A DNA stretch of 62,879 nucleotides, filler included, from Stramenopiles sp. TOSAG23-3 (Eukaryota): NCBI GenBank assembly GCA_900128585.1. It is 5 parts of 5 records of this genome, joined end to end, with 100 filler letters (N's around TTAATTAATTAA, not from the genome) between each part and the next. Parts side by side here need not be neighbours in the genome. Positions count along the whole stretch, not along the records: positions 28,275 to 56,259 come from LT642253.1; 4 more parts are not named here. One strand, 5' to 3'. The position numbers and the translations under genes are program-made. Shown here in pieces: positions 41,472-52,612 of the stretch; position 1 is the stretch's first letter, and each line of letters begins with the position of its first letter. Below the pieces are notes generated by a model. That model was not told the DNA's origin, did no database searches, and was given only the letters and a program-made list of their open reading frames with translations.

Positions 41472-43553
41472 ATGGACGGTCGTCCTCTCTTGGGCAACGC
41501 CTACTCGCCCTTGGAATTATCTCAAGCTAGCAGCGAGCAGTTTTCTGTCAACACTTCCGGTGAGAGAATGTCGGTGGGCGCTGGTAAATTGAGAAGTTTC
41601 GATAGCCAGGAAGAATTTTCATCGGAGCACAGCAGTGGAGGAGCTTCGGAGACTGTTCGACGAACGTTTATCCCAGACTTTTCCGTCCGAGATTTTCTTT
41701 ACCAGTCCCTTTCGCACTTGCTGTACCCATTCTCGTTACTATGGCTGATACCTACTCGCAAATGGCGGTCGCTACAACTGCAAGCATTTGTTCCGGGAAA
41801 CGACAAAATTCTTTTCATCGTTTATCAAATTCGTACGATCGCGAGGTGGACTTTGATAGTTTTGTATACAAGTTTGATATCCGATTGCAAGTTGAGAAAG
41901 AATTGTGTGGAGTATCACGTTTGGTTTTCCGTGCCGTTAATCTTTTATTTGTCTGATGTCGTTTCTATCGCGACGAAATATGCTATGATGTCGCCGCAAA
42001 ACTATCAAAACGTTTTGGACGGAAAGTTCACTTCGAAGGAAATGTCACAGTTTGAACTGTCAAAATGGCTCTTTCCCACCATGAGTGTGCTGATCCGGGA
42101 AATCAATACCATGGCAATCATTGCTGGCGTGCCCATCACAGCGGAGCGCTTCAAGTTCGATTACTCATCGTCTTACTGTTCAAAAGGGGATGATGTTCGC
42201 GCCAGATCTCGCTGGAAAGATTTACGGAGGGTCGTGTATGGCCACACGGAAACGGATGGTTCGTCACGGGTTGAGAATGCAAGGGCTCGTTGGAAAAATA
42301 TCAAAGCTAAATATACGAATTCGGGCAACAGGCGGAAGGACACGAACGATGCCTCCGTATTCCATAGATGGTTGAAAATAGTTTCTATTATCGTTCCCGT
42401 CGTGCCCGCTCTGCCTTACAGCAACTTGGCCGTTCTGAATACATCGAAGCGTGCCATGGAAACTGTCGCCCCCGAATTGCAGATGGACGACAAACGATTG
42501 CCAGGGGCGCTGTTGTTGGCGTCCGTGGAACACCGCAGCCGCCCCAACAATTTTAGGTTATGTTGGAAGTGGGGGCGTGCGATTACCCCCCAGTCATGGT
42601 TTGGGTGGATTGTTTGTGTAGTCGACCTGTTCGATTGGACCGTGCTTTCTCATGTTGTTAGACTCAAATTTTCAAAAGGCGAACCATATATTCCCCTTCC
42701 CACAGTACACTCCATTAACGACGTCATGTTCAAAGCATACGGATCATTGTACCCCAGCGAATGGATCTTTTTCATTGTGAGCGTGTACCTTCGTGCAATA
42801 TATCTGCGTCTGTTCGTTAAAAACACAACGACAGTTATTTGCATGTATGCAAGGAGGGCACAGGCGATGGACCTATTGGACAAACTTGTGAAACCGCGGT
42901 CCAGGTCTTTTCTTCCAAAGGGTGAACGTGTTATGAATGAAATCTTAACTGTGCCCCCTCTGTTGCAATTGAACAGCATAGAAGACGTTGTCGCGTTTAG
43001 TCGTTTGAGATCGTTGCTGCGGAAACTGGGGCGGCAGTACAAGACCAGATCTGCATTATTCTTTGCCCAGCAGCTTGTTGTTGTAACAATAATGGTTTTT
43101 GTTTTTAAGTCAGTGCAAAAGGAAAAAATGGAATATAGTAAAGGCGCGTACGAAGGGCTCCAGATTACAACCTTATGGCTCACGCAAATTGCACTTTTGA
43201 CATTCGCCTTCATAGTCTTTTATGGCGCAATGCTGAACTATTCTTCAAAGTTGGTCGCAAACTACCTGTACGCGAAAGAAAATGATGTGCGGAGTGATAT
43301 CTCTGGAATGATCACAAAAAGCCAAGTGTTAAACCCGGCATTGAACTTGGACATTCTTCGAAAACGGGAACTGGCAGATGTACTCAATCTTGCTGTGAGT
43401 AGAATCCAGAACCAAGAGCCAGTGAAGGTATTAAAATTTATCCCAGCAACCTTTGGGGTTCTCGCCTCAATGGGTCCACTCTTTGTTACCGCCTGGTTTC
43501 TTTTCAATGATCATGTACTGTCCACTCCACCGGAGCTCAAGGCGAACCTCTAA
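41472..43553 (+). CDS. Unknown multi-pass membrane protein (693 aa)
   Basis: Long ORF with ~7-8 hydrophobic segments; family not recognised. Confidence 0.8.
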   Translation: MDGRPLLGNAYSPLELSQASSEQFSVNTSGERMSVGAGKLRSFDSQEEFSSEHSSGGASETVRRTFIPDFSVRDFLYQSLSHLLYPFSLLWLIPTRKWRSLQLQAFVPGNDKILFIVYQIRTIARWTLIVLYTSLISDCKLRKNCVEYHVWFSVPLIFYLSDVVSIATKYAMMSPQNYQNVLDGKFTSKEMSQFELSKWLFPTMSVLIREINTMAIIAGVPITAERFKFDYSSSYCSKGDDVRARSRWKDLRRVVYGHTETDGSSRVENARARWKNIKAKYTNSGNRRKDTNDASVFHRWLKIVSIIVPVVPALPYSNLAVLNTSKRAMETVAPELQMDDKRLPGALLLASVEHRSRPNNFRLCWKWGRAITPQSWFGWIVCVVDLFDWTVLSHVVRLKFSKGEPYIPLPTVHSINDVMFKAYGSLYPSEWIFFIVSVYLRAIYLRLFVKNTTTVICMYARRAQAMDLLDKLVKPRSRSFLPKGERVMNEILTVPPLLQLNSIEDVVAFSRLRSLLRKLGRQYKTRSALFFAQQLVVVTIMVFVFKSVQKEKMEYSKGAYEGLQITTLWLTQIALLTFAFIVFYGAMLNYSSKLVANYLYAKENDVRSDISGMITKSQVLNPALNLDILRKRELADVLNLAVSRIQNQEPVKVLKFIPATFGVLASMGPLFVTAWFLFNDHVLSTPPELKANL

Positions 43554-44180
43554 CAACAACACGATAACACGATGGAATTGAAGTGCTGCTGAAGAAAAAA
43601 ATTAATTTATTTTTTGCCTCTTTACTAGTATTATACCGTATACTCATATATACGATTAATAGTCTGTCTATATGAAGTATTAATAATAATATTAAGAAGT
43701 GTACTTGTTGATGCCATTATTATATCTATAGATATTATTAATAGGTAAATATGTAAATTAAAATAATCAAATCGAATTAATGGTTCTGGTTTGCTGTGTT
43801 CTGTTGTTGTGAGTCTCCTGTCTCCTGTGAAAGAAGAGGAAATAGCCCTTGGTATTTTAATACATAAAAAACAAATAAAAAATAAAATTTAAAAAAGCAA
43901 TAATACCATCCACCACCACGGTGGTTGAGAAACTATTCCTATGGTGGTCTTATTATTACCAGTAGTGAAGAAATAAAATAACCGTAAAAAAAAAAGTCAA
44001 GTTGCATTTTACTTTACTTACTTTGGAGTAAAACTTGTTTATCGTTTACGTTGTATTAGAACAAAGAAAGAATCATTTGATTAGAAATTGTGAAGGAAAA
44101 GTGCGAAGGGACACGGACATACACACACATAGCGCACGCACATAATTTTCTGATTGTATTTATTCTGAACTTACGTAAAC

Positions 44181-44393
44181 ATGCCAGGACCAACGCCAAC
44201 GCCAGAGGTTTCCACTTGGCCTCTATCTAAGGTTGATATTCACAATGCACGGAAAGGGTTGCGGTTTGCAAGATCATTGAAAAGATGGCCGGTTGCTCTA
44301 GGCGCGGTCGGAGCATTTTTGATCTACCCAGCACTCACGGAAGATTTTAAGAAAAACCCGTTTGACCTTTTTGGGCAAGACGAGGAGGAGTAA
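44181..44393 (+). CDS. Small single-TM protein, possibly a cytochrome bc1 small subunit (QCR10-like)
   Basis: 70-aa ATG ORF as a GC island in AT-rich DNA; basic stretch then RWPVALGAVGAFLIYP helix; family call is by size and topology only. Confidence 0.55.
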   Translation: MPGPTPTPEVSTWPLSKVDIHNARKGLRFARSLKRWPVALGAVGAFLIYPALTEDFKKNPFDLFGQDEEE

Positions 44394-44664
44394 ACGTTCG
44401 CCTCGCTCGCGGGGGCCTGGATTTTTTTTCGGAAACAGCCACCGGTTCCCTTTCCCTAGTGTTTCTAATGAATTCTGTAGTTTCCTAGCGCGTTCGTACT
44501 AAATACGAATTTACAAAGGAAGGAGCGGCACAACACTGCTGTACTATACATGCTTTAAAAACAAAATAACTATTTCCTTTTCTAAACTATGTTCTTTATG
44601 ACAATACAATTTTTGTCCCCCCAAATATATTATGTACAAATTACGAATTACAGCCCCCCCCCTA

Positions 44665-45786
44665 TTACTGCTTCGTAATCACGACAAGGTGTGCTAAATC
44701 AGTCGACTGCGCAAGATTGTCCCATTCCGACTTGTCCGTGCTGCCGGCGTTCGGGATCTTCGCAAGGGGACCCTTAAAGTACCACCGCGGCAGCGACATC
44801 TCACTACAGCCGCCGTGCTCCTTCAAGTACACCACGTACACGGCGAAGCCCGGCTCCTTTAGGTCCACCCCACGGGGGAGAAAGCCTATCGGCTTTGAAA
44901 AATCCACCCTCGTGGGACGACTCGTTTCGTTCGTCAAGGGAAGAATGTTTTGTACATACGCGTTAGTCGTCAACGAGTCGGAGCCACAGTGCAGCCCGGT
45001 CCACAGCACCAAGGGAAAATTTTGGTAGGTTTGATCGACAGAGAACGACCGCCCCTTGTGCCGTTTGAACTCATAAAAGGTCAAGATTTCGTTCAACTTG
45101 CGAACGACGAGCAGGTGGCATGCAGTGTTCCGGACATGCTGACTTATGAAAGGTCGAACGTGCCTCCGTGGGTTGTACTTTTTAGTATGGTAAATGGTGG
45201 CGTGCCGCCGCATTGGGGTTTGGCAAGTTCCCCTCTGGATCCCGTTGGACCCGAGAAATTCAACGACGTAGCCGTCAGGGACATACAGGGACTGCGGACA
45301 GAATGATACCGGGTCGTCCCAGTCAATACGACCCTGCTGTGGGTAATGCTCCTCAACCCATTTGTTGCTGGGAGACCGAGTCTGCCACGACCGGAAGTTT
45401 GACGACCCCCCGCTGGTCCCTTTGTTGCAGTAAATGCCTGTCCAGTGCACCCCTGGCTGCAAAACACGCTGCTCACCGTTTAGGTCGTGGCCCTCGAACA
45501 CCACGACGTCGTTTGTGCGCTTCAAATCGAACACCGTGGGCGAGTCCTCCTCGTACGCACTGACGCCCGAGAAAAGTGTGCGGTACAGAATCGTAACGGA
45601 CGCTAAAAAAATTGAAACGGCCACAATTTTCTTGTTAGCGCGGGTGAATTTGACAACCTGATGAAGCGCAGGCTCTACCTTTGTTCGGTACTCGTACTTT
45701 AGTCTCTTGAGCGTCCATTTCCGTTTTTTCAAAATCCAACGTTGGTGGCCCGTGAGATTGTTCCATTTCTTTGCTCTTCCACCCAT
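44665..45786 (-). CDS. Type II membrane protein with divergent beta/gamma-crystallin-like motifs
   Basis: Basic N-terminus, one TM (IVAVSIFLASVTILY), then VVVFEGHDLNGEQRVL, SLYVPDGYVVEF, LTFYEFKRHKGRSFSV. Confidence 0.65.
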   Translation of the reverse strand: MGGRAKKWNNLTGHQRWILKKRKWTLKRLKYEYRTKVEPALHQVVKFTRANKKIVAVSIFLASVTILYRTLFSGVSAYEEDSPTVFDLKRTNDVVVFEGHDLNGEQRVLQPGVHWTGIYCNKGTSGGSSNFRSWQTRSPSNKWVEEHYPQQGRIDWDDPVSFCPQSLYVPDGYVVEFLGSNGIQRGTCQTPMRRHATIYHTKKYNPRRHVRPFISQHVRNTACHLLVVRKLNEILTFYEFKRHKGRSFSVDQTYQNFPLVLWTGLHCGSDSLTTNAYVQNILPLTNETSRPTRVDFSKPIGFLPRGVDLKEPGFAVYVVYLKEHGGCSEMSLPRWYFKGPLAKIPNAGSTDKSEWDNLAQSTDLAHLVVITKQ

Positions 45787-46574
45787 GGCGAAAACCTACA
45801 ACAAAAACTGCCGCGCTACGGTGTACGTGCGCAACAGGGGAGCTTGCTGGCAACAAAAAACCTGTTTATTGAAGCCGGGCCTTACACGGTCGATTCTTGT
45901 CCAATTCAAAGCTTAAAAACGTTTATTTTTAAAAAGTGAAGGAAATCTAATACTCTAAATACGTAAATACCACATATGCTTCTACACCCCTAAACACTTG
46001 AGAAATGGATTTTAAATAATTGTTGTTTTGAAACTTTGAGTACCTCAGTCATACGTATTGTAATGTAATAGTAGTACGACGACTACTATTTTTGATACTA
46101 GTTTTATGTTCTTCCTGCTTACCTCCTTAGCACCTCCTCCTACTACGTCCTCGTATATTAATTCCTCCTCTCATCAGCTGTACATATGTTATTTATATTT
46201 TAGACGACTATTAAAAAATAATGAAAAGAAAGAAGATAAGAAAGAAGGGGAAGATTGAAGATTGATTGATGATTTTGAATTGTTGTCTTTTTTGTTTTTT
46301 GGTATTTACGGTTTAATGTTATACTCTTATTATCTTTTAGACGACGAAGAATAATAATAAGATGAGTGAGTTAACTTATTATTATTATCACACACGAAAA
46401 GACAGACAACTCAAGTAACAATTGAACGTCATCATAGTCTATAAAGTTAATTGATGATGTTTCAGCCGATTAAATGGACGATATATATATACATCCAGCA
46501 CTTTACCCGGTTCGATTCATTGCATAGGAATTTCGTTTAGAACTAACGTGCATTTTTTTCTTCTTTCGACCAGG

Positions 46575-47402
46575 ATGAAGACGACAAGCTTCCTGTTCAT
46601 TATTGCCCTGCTGCTCGGCGCCGTGTCCCTGACTTTAGCAAAACGGAAAAGGTCCTCTTACCCTTCCAGGGGGAACTCGGATACAGTAAGGCATGGGGCT
46701 ACGGACCACTTGGAACTGCTAGAAAGGCAACGAGCTCGAAAGCTCGCGAAGACGCCGGAAGAGAGAGAAAAATATGTGCACCAGTATTTTGGATCACCCC
46801 CCGCCCCTTTCAACAAGAAAGGAGAGTGGGAAGGGACCGTGCATTACGATTGGGGATGGTGTAAGTAAATAAACTTCTGCTCCCCGAACAACTATTCTTA
46901 TACCTAAACATGCGATTGACTCTGACACGACATTTTCCTTCTCATCCTACACTTTTATGCTTCCCTCTTTGCAGACAAGGGGCCATTTTTAGACGGCAGG
47001 TGGCACACCAAAGAGGGGCAGGAGGGCACTTGCCACCACTTTGATGATGAGCGAACGTACACCGGCGGATTCTTTCACCACAAAATGCACGGAACGGGCT
47101 CCATGGTGTATCCGGATGGCCACAAAGTGACTGGGAAGTGGGAGCTGGTGTACTCGTGGCAAGTGTTCACTGGTCATGGCACCGTGGAGTGGACCGACGG
47201 CAGAATCTGGAAAGGCCCCTGGAAAAATGGTCAACCCCATGGGCACGGGGTCCTCACTTATGCGGATGGCGACGTCGTCCACGGTAACTTTGAACATGGG
47301 CACTGCAAAGAGTGCGAAGACGAGCACCGGGCGCACTATGAGCACATAAAGAAGAAAAAATACCACCACATTCACATGAACATGCACGGCGAAAGCCTCT
47401 GA
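46575..47402 (+). CDS. Two-exon secreted MORN-repeat protein with a His-rich tail (exons 46575-46860, 46975-47402)
   Basis: Signal peptide; splicing gives WGW-Y-KGPFLDGRWH...YTGGFFHHKMHGTG..WKGPWKNGQPHGHG MORN repeats in frame. Confidence 0.85.
46861..46974 (+). other. Spliceosomal intron, 114 nt, phase 1
   Basis: GTAAGT donor, CTGAC branch-like motif at 46922, pyrimidine tract and GCAG acceptor; removal joins two same-frame ORFs. Confidence 0.87.
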
Positions 47403-47486
47403 ATCGCACCACTCAAGGTTAATTTGACGTTTAAACCATCCAGGGTTAATTTTTCTTTTGCTTTTTTACTTCTTACACGCGCGTAT

Positions 47487-47690
47487 AATAAAAAAACAAA
47501 TTATATAGTATGCGCGTATAATAAAAACAAGAAAATTGGCTGTTATTTAAGTAATTAAAATTAATGTGCTGCGAAACTGAAATCTATCTTTGCTCTTTTC
47601 GTCTTACTAATCGAGATACCCTTGTCACTTAGTATTGACCATCATTCTCTAAAGATGTTTTTTTCATTCTCAGATGTATGATACTCCATT
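47487..47690 (+). repeat. Copy of the dispersed intergenic repeat
   Basis: acaagaaaattggctgttatttaagtaattaaaattaatgtgctgcgaaactga then ttactaatc..tacccttgtcacttagt matching 30424-30470. Confidence 0.85.
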
Positions 47691-47905
47691 TATGATCTGC
47701 GCGTATTAATAAATAAAAAATTCAATGCCCTACAGTAATTTAAACGACTGTTCCCTTCGGAGAAGTAAAGAGGCAATTCTTACATCTCTCTGTTGATATA
47801 AATACTTTTAATTAAATATCTTCACGAAGTTTAAAAAACGTTTTCACAAAATCTTTTTTCACAAAAATCTTAAAATTTAGGGCATGCCAGATGCCAGACC
47901 TATTT

Positions 47906-50900
47906 TTACTTCTTCTTGAATTTGCGCAATCCTCTGCTTCTTACTTGCCTTCCGTACGGGGTTATGGAGTACCCCCGTCCCGCGTGCTTCGGGTCAATTG
48001 GGTGAAGCCTTGGAGTTCTCCTGACCTTGTCTGCGATCCCCCCCACGCGCCTCTCGCGTTCCCGCACACTCAAATTGGACAGCTCCGAAATAAGGCGCTC
48101 GCTGGTTTCACTAATGTCTTCAATGTGCAGGTTCACGGCGTCAAAGCCCCCGCCAAAATGTAACTTTGGCACGTCGATGCTCGAGTTAGACTTTATGTCG
48201 TGAGAAAATATAGGGTTTTGAAACTCTCCCCCCTCCCACCGCTTCCGTTCCTCGTCCTCAACCATGTCGTTGATCGTTTGAATGATTTTGTTCGCTTCAT
48301 CGTTTTGACGACTCGTGTACTCTTCTACGTCTACTTGAAATTTCCAACGGCTGCTGTCAACGAACCCCTGCTGCAATGTCCCTTGCAAGTCACCGCTCTC
48401 GGACCAGATGTGCACTAGACGATCGTTCCCCGACGATATGATAGACTTTGGATGTGGAACTATTTGCAAATCGATCACACTGTCGTTGTAGTGGGCGTTC
48501 CAAGCGTGCACAACGGCCAACTCCACTTTTGAATTTGACAGCAAGGCCTTTGGGGCGGCCACATCTCCGCTCTGCTTTTTACCGCCAGTCCGGGCCCTGT
48601 GGAACATTTCGTCGAAGGCGTCCAACGCCTTCTTTTCGTTATTTCCCCGGTCGCTGCTAATGCTGTTGGACCGAGACTTGTCGACGCTGTTTGCCCGGGA
48701 CCGTCTGCCCGCCTTTTTTCCACGCACGGAATCATTGATTTCATCCTGGTTGCGAGCATCGAACCGAAGGCTCCGTTTTGGATTCTCGCACTTCTTCGCC
48801 CTTCGCACTGGGTAGATAGAGTGCTCCGATTCCAAGATGCGCAGCACCGGCAGCAAATCCCAAATTTTTAACGTCCCTTCTTCGTCCCCTGTGTACATTT
48901 TTGCCGAAATCACGTACCTTCCATCGGTGCCGTCCTCCGCCACATCATCGCCATCGCTGTCGTTCTGCGTCAAATGGGACAAGCCTTCACTAAACTCTCC
49001 GTACGTGATTTGGCCGCTGTGGTCGTCATCAATTTCGTAAAACAAACGCTCCAGCTGCGCCTTCTGCCCGATGCCAACCCCAAAGTTTAGCATGGCGGAT
49101 TTGAACTCGTCCAGATCGATCTTGCCATCGCCATCGCCACCGATTTGGCGAAAGAGTTCCCGCAAGTGCTTGCTTTTTGACATTACTTTTCTGCGCACGG
49201 ACACTTTCATTTCTTGGTACAGCAGGTCTTCTGTGGACAGCTTCTTTACCGGGTCCGACCACTTAACGTCGACCCGAAGTTTGGTGACCCCCTTCGGCAT
49301 GACTTGCGAATCCCGGGATAAGTTCCTCGTCCGAAGCAGGCACCTGCCTTTGTGCGCCCCCGTCGTGCCCCACAAGCATACGATGCCCGCCGAGTCCGCT
49401 GCCGCCACTATTGGGTAGGTTCCAATGAAACAGACGTCCCGAATACCCCCCGTATGGACCCCTTTGCAGGTACCTTCGTTTCGAACGAACTCGTAGTCCC
49501 AGAACTTGATCCCGCCGTCCAAATCTCCGGACGCCATCATCGAAAGGTGGCTGCTGTAGTCCAGGGCAGTAATGTCCGCTCCGTGCGCACCATCAATTCT
49601 ACGCAACATCACCCCCCCGTCTGCCTCATTCTCGTCGTGAATGGATATTGCACGATCCCACGATGCGGTGATGAAGCACTTGTACTTGTGGACGTAGAGG
49701 ACTTTGCTGACCGCGCCCAGGTGCGCCTTTTGCCCGAACTCTTTGTAGGAACAGCTCTTCATGTGCACCCCACTGATGTAGTCGTACACTTTGACGTTTC
49801 CCACAAAGTCCCCGACGATAAACTTTCGTTCCCTGTCGTCAAGGCACAATGTCGTAACGCCTTTATTGCTGACGTTTCTGAACGTTCGGGTGAGCTTTCC
49901 TTTGGCGTCCCACACATGGACGTTCTCGGACGTCGCCGTTATAAAGGACATAAGGGTCTTGTTGTACCGGGCGATCAGGACGGGAGAGTCGCTGCTTAGT
50001 TCTGGGTTTTCAAGCTTTTGGTAGTCGAACACGTGCATTTTTTTCCCACCAGTGACAATTCTCTGTTTTTTCGGAAGGGTCAAAACCGACGAAATCTTTG
50101 CAATGGCTCCCTCGTCTTCCTTTGAAAACGTTTGGACGCACGCAAACGTGCGAATGTCCCAGACCTTCACCACCCCGCTGACGTCGGCGGTAATTATCTG
50201 TGGCGTGTCCGGGATTACTTCGACCCCGCACAGTGGTGCCGTGTGCCCGTGCAAGCGCAAAATCAGCCTCTCGACGTACGGGTTCCAGACGAGCGCATCG
50301 TAATCAAAGCCGCCGGAGATGAGGAAGCGGTAGTCTTCGTTGTAGGCCAGGGAACGGACCCCCTTCTCGTGCCCTTCCAGCGTGCGGCGGTGGCGCCCCG
50401 TGCTGCAGTCCCAAAGCCGTATGGTTTTGTCCATCGAAGCGGACGCCAGCGTCTCCAAATTGTTCAGCGTGCTTAGCCCGAGGACCATGTCCTTGTGCGA
50501 GTCCCTCATCAAACGGCCGTCGCGGCCCGTCCCCCCCATGTGGTACTTTTCCTCCATTTTCTCGCAGTCCCACGCGTAAATCGCCCCGCTGATGCCGGAC
50601 GAGTACAGGGTGTTGGTGGGACTGTCCCAAGCCATGCACATTTGAGAGACGGGGGAGTGGAAGCTTTTGTGCAGCCTGTGCGAGGTGTCATCGTGAAACG
50701 AAATGCTCAGGTCGCTGGAGGTCAGCACGTACTGCTTCAGTTTCTGGACGTGCGTGGCGCATAAAACGTGCCCGTGCGGGGCTTTCAGCTGGTGCATTAA
50801 GCTGCACTCGGAATTGTAGATTTTCAGCACAGGGCTGCTGCCCTCGACGACCCCTATGGTCCCCGACGACCGCTTTGGGTCCTTTGGGAAGAAATACATC

Positions 50901-51412
50901 CGCTCTATGCTCTGCCTGTGCTTTGAGAAATCTTCCCACTGCTTCGATTTGTACTGTGATATCCCGCCGGGGCCGTCGGACTTGTCCGTTAAGCCAGACT
51001 CTACAATGTAGGACGTGAACTCTTCCCACTCCATCGTCCCGTCCCCGTTGATATCGATCTGGGCGAACAGCTCCGCCAGCGCACTTACTTTGGTGGTCTC
51101 GCTCATTTTTGAAATATTTTCTATTACGCGCTTGCTGTCGTCGTCTATGTTTTCGTGTCTCTGCGACTTTTTTAGAAAGCGCAGCATTACGTAGACGAAC
51201 TCGTACAGGGTTAAGCCATTTTCAGCCTTTTGAAACTCGTCCTGCAGCTCCAGAACCTTGTCCATATCCAGAATCATCATGATGTCATTTACTATCCCCT
51301 TCCCCGCATTTTCAGTGGGATCCATCTTGGTCTCACCCTTCCCGTTCAGATTAAACAGCCTCTTGGAGCGGCCATTCGTATGGTCCAGCTCAGTCAAAAA
51401 CGTATCGGACAT
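47906..51412 (-). CDS. EF-hand + WD40 repeat protein (WDR49/EFCAB8-like architecture)
   Basis: EF loops DINGDGTMEWEEF, GGDGDGKIDLDEF, DDDHSGQITYGEF; many GH..WD repeats; start ATG at 51412 or 51325. Confidence 0.9.
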   Translation of the reverse strand: MSDTFLTELDHTNGRSKRLFNLNGKGETKMDPTENAGKGIVNDIMMILDMDKVLELQDEFQKAENGLTLYEFVYVMLRFLKKSQRHENIDDDSKRVIENISKMSETTKVSALAELFAQIDINGDGTMEWEEFTSYIVESGLTDKSDGPGGISQYKSKQWEDFSKHRQSIERMYFFPKDPKRSSGTIGVVEGSSPVLKIYNSECSLMHQLKAPHGHVLCATHVQKLKQYVLTSSDLSISFHDDTSHRLHKSFHSPVSQMCMAWDSPTNTLYSSGISGAIYAWDCEKMEEKYHMGGTGRDGRLMRDSHKDMVLGLSTLNNLETLASASMDKTIRLWDCSTGRHRRTLEGHEKGVRSLAYNEDYRFLISGGFDYDALVWNPYVERLILRLHGHTAPLCGVEVIPDTPQIITADVSGVVKVWDIRTFACVQTFSKEDEGAIAKISSVLTLPKKQRIVTGGKKMHVFDYQKLENPELSSDSPVLIARYNKTLMSFITATSENVHVWDAKGKLTRTFRNVSNKGVTTLCLDDRERKFIVGDFVGNVKVYDYISGVHMKSCSYKEFGQKAHLGAVSKVLYVHKYKCFITASWDRAISIHDENEADGGVMLRRIDGAHGADITALDYSSHLSMMASGDLDGGIKFWDYEFVRNEGTCKGVHTGGIRDVCFIGTYPIVAAADSAGIVCLWGTTGAHKGRCLLRTRNLSRDSQVMPKGVTKLRVDVKWSDPVKKLSTEDLLYQEMKVSVRRKVMSKSKHLRELFRQIGGDGDGKIDLDEFKSAMLNFGVGIGQKAQLERLFYEIDDDHSGQITYGEFSEGLSHLTQNDSDGDDVAEDGTDGRYVISAKMYTGDEEGTLKIWDLLPVLRILESEHSIYPVRRAKKCENPKRSLRFDARNQDEINDSVRGKKAGRRSRANSVDKSRSNSISSDRGNNEKKALDAFDEMFHRARTGGKKQSGDVAAPKALLSNSKVELAVVHAWNAHYNDSVIDLQIVPHPKSIISSGNDRLVHIWSESGDLQGTLQQGFVDSSRWKFQVDVEEYTSRQNDEANKIIQTINDMVEDEERKRWEGGEFQNPIFSHDIKSNSSIDVPKLHFGGGFDAVNLHIEDISETSERLISELSNLSVRERERRVGGIADKVRRTPRLHPIDPKHAGRGYSITPYGRQVRSRGLRKFKKK

Positions 51413-52087
51413 TTCGACCAAGTCAAACACGGGGCAAAAATAAACCTAAAAGGAACAACAACAACAAACCTCCGAAGAATTTGGGACACCGTTCAAGCAG
51501 AGCAAGAAAAGGAAGGAAGGTACGCCGTAGCACTACGAGGGTGTGAGGAGCACTAGAAGGGTGTTAGGGAATGAAACAAACAACAGGCAAACCACTCCCG
51601 GCACAACAATACAAACCGTTTACGTAGTAGAATCACGCTTGTGATCGTAACAAAGTTTTATTGTGATAATTAACTCGTAGATCAAAAAGATTACACAATC
51701 CTTCTCAGTGATCGCATGAGAATAAACAAATGACCCGACCCTTCTTATTTCTGTTTCAAAAAAACAAAAAAAGAAGAAGGAAATTACTAAAATAAAAAAT
51801 AAATAATGCACACTCCCTCTATTATTAATTTATTAAATTAAAATAATAAATATTCCTTTACTAATTCGATGTTATTTCAATTATTCGAGAAAAAATAACT
51901 GCCGGCCGCCGCCTCCAATTCAATTATAGTCGTCTATACTATACACTACAACAATTCGTATATATAAATACCGATGTATATAGGAATAGTGCTATTTATA
52001 ATAAACGAGTGATAACCTGCCTAATATAATACGGTAGACTAAAAACTTAATATAAGTACAATAATACTGAAGCTATACAAATGACTG

Positions 52088-52280
52088 TTCTTCTCTTCTT
52101 CTTCTTCTTCTTCTTTCTTCTTCTTCTTCTTCTTTTGTTCTTTCTTCTTCTTCTTTTGTTCTTTCTTCTTCTTCTTCTTTCTTTTTCTTCTTCTTCTTCT
52201 TCTTCTTCTTCTTCTTCTTTCTTCTTCTTCTTCTTCTTCTTCTTCTTCTTCTTCTTCCTTCTTCTTCTTCTTCTTCTTTT
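52088..52280. repeat. (TTC)n microsatellite
   Basis: Directly visible. Confidence 0.95.
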
Positions 52281-52612
52281 CATCATCCAACATCCAACAC
52301 AAACAACACAACCAATCGCATTTGGTGTGATTTTATATTGTCATTTTAAATTATATTTTTACTTACGCGGTACTTACTCTAACTAATAATTATTCGCGAA
52401 GACCATCGTTTACTACGGCGGTTTATAATTTATCCAAATTAGCAATCCACTATTATATAATAGAAAGAAATTAAACGAAACAATAGAGGAATTGGAATTG
52501 ATAGCCCAACGCAACGTTTACGTTTCCTCTGAACGTTCAGTGTACCCCCCGCTCGCTCATTGGCTGGCCTGTGCGTGCCTGCTGTTCCCCTCCCTTAGTC
52601 TTTCCTAGCTAG

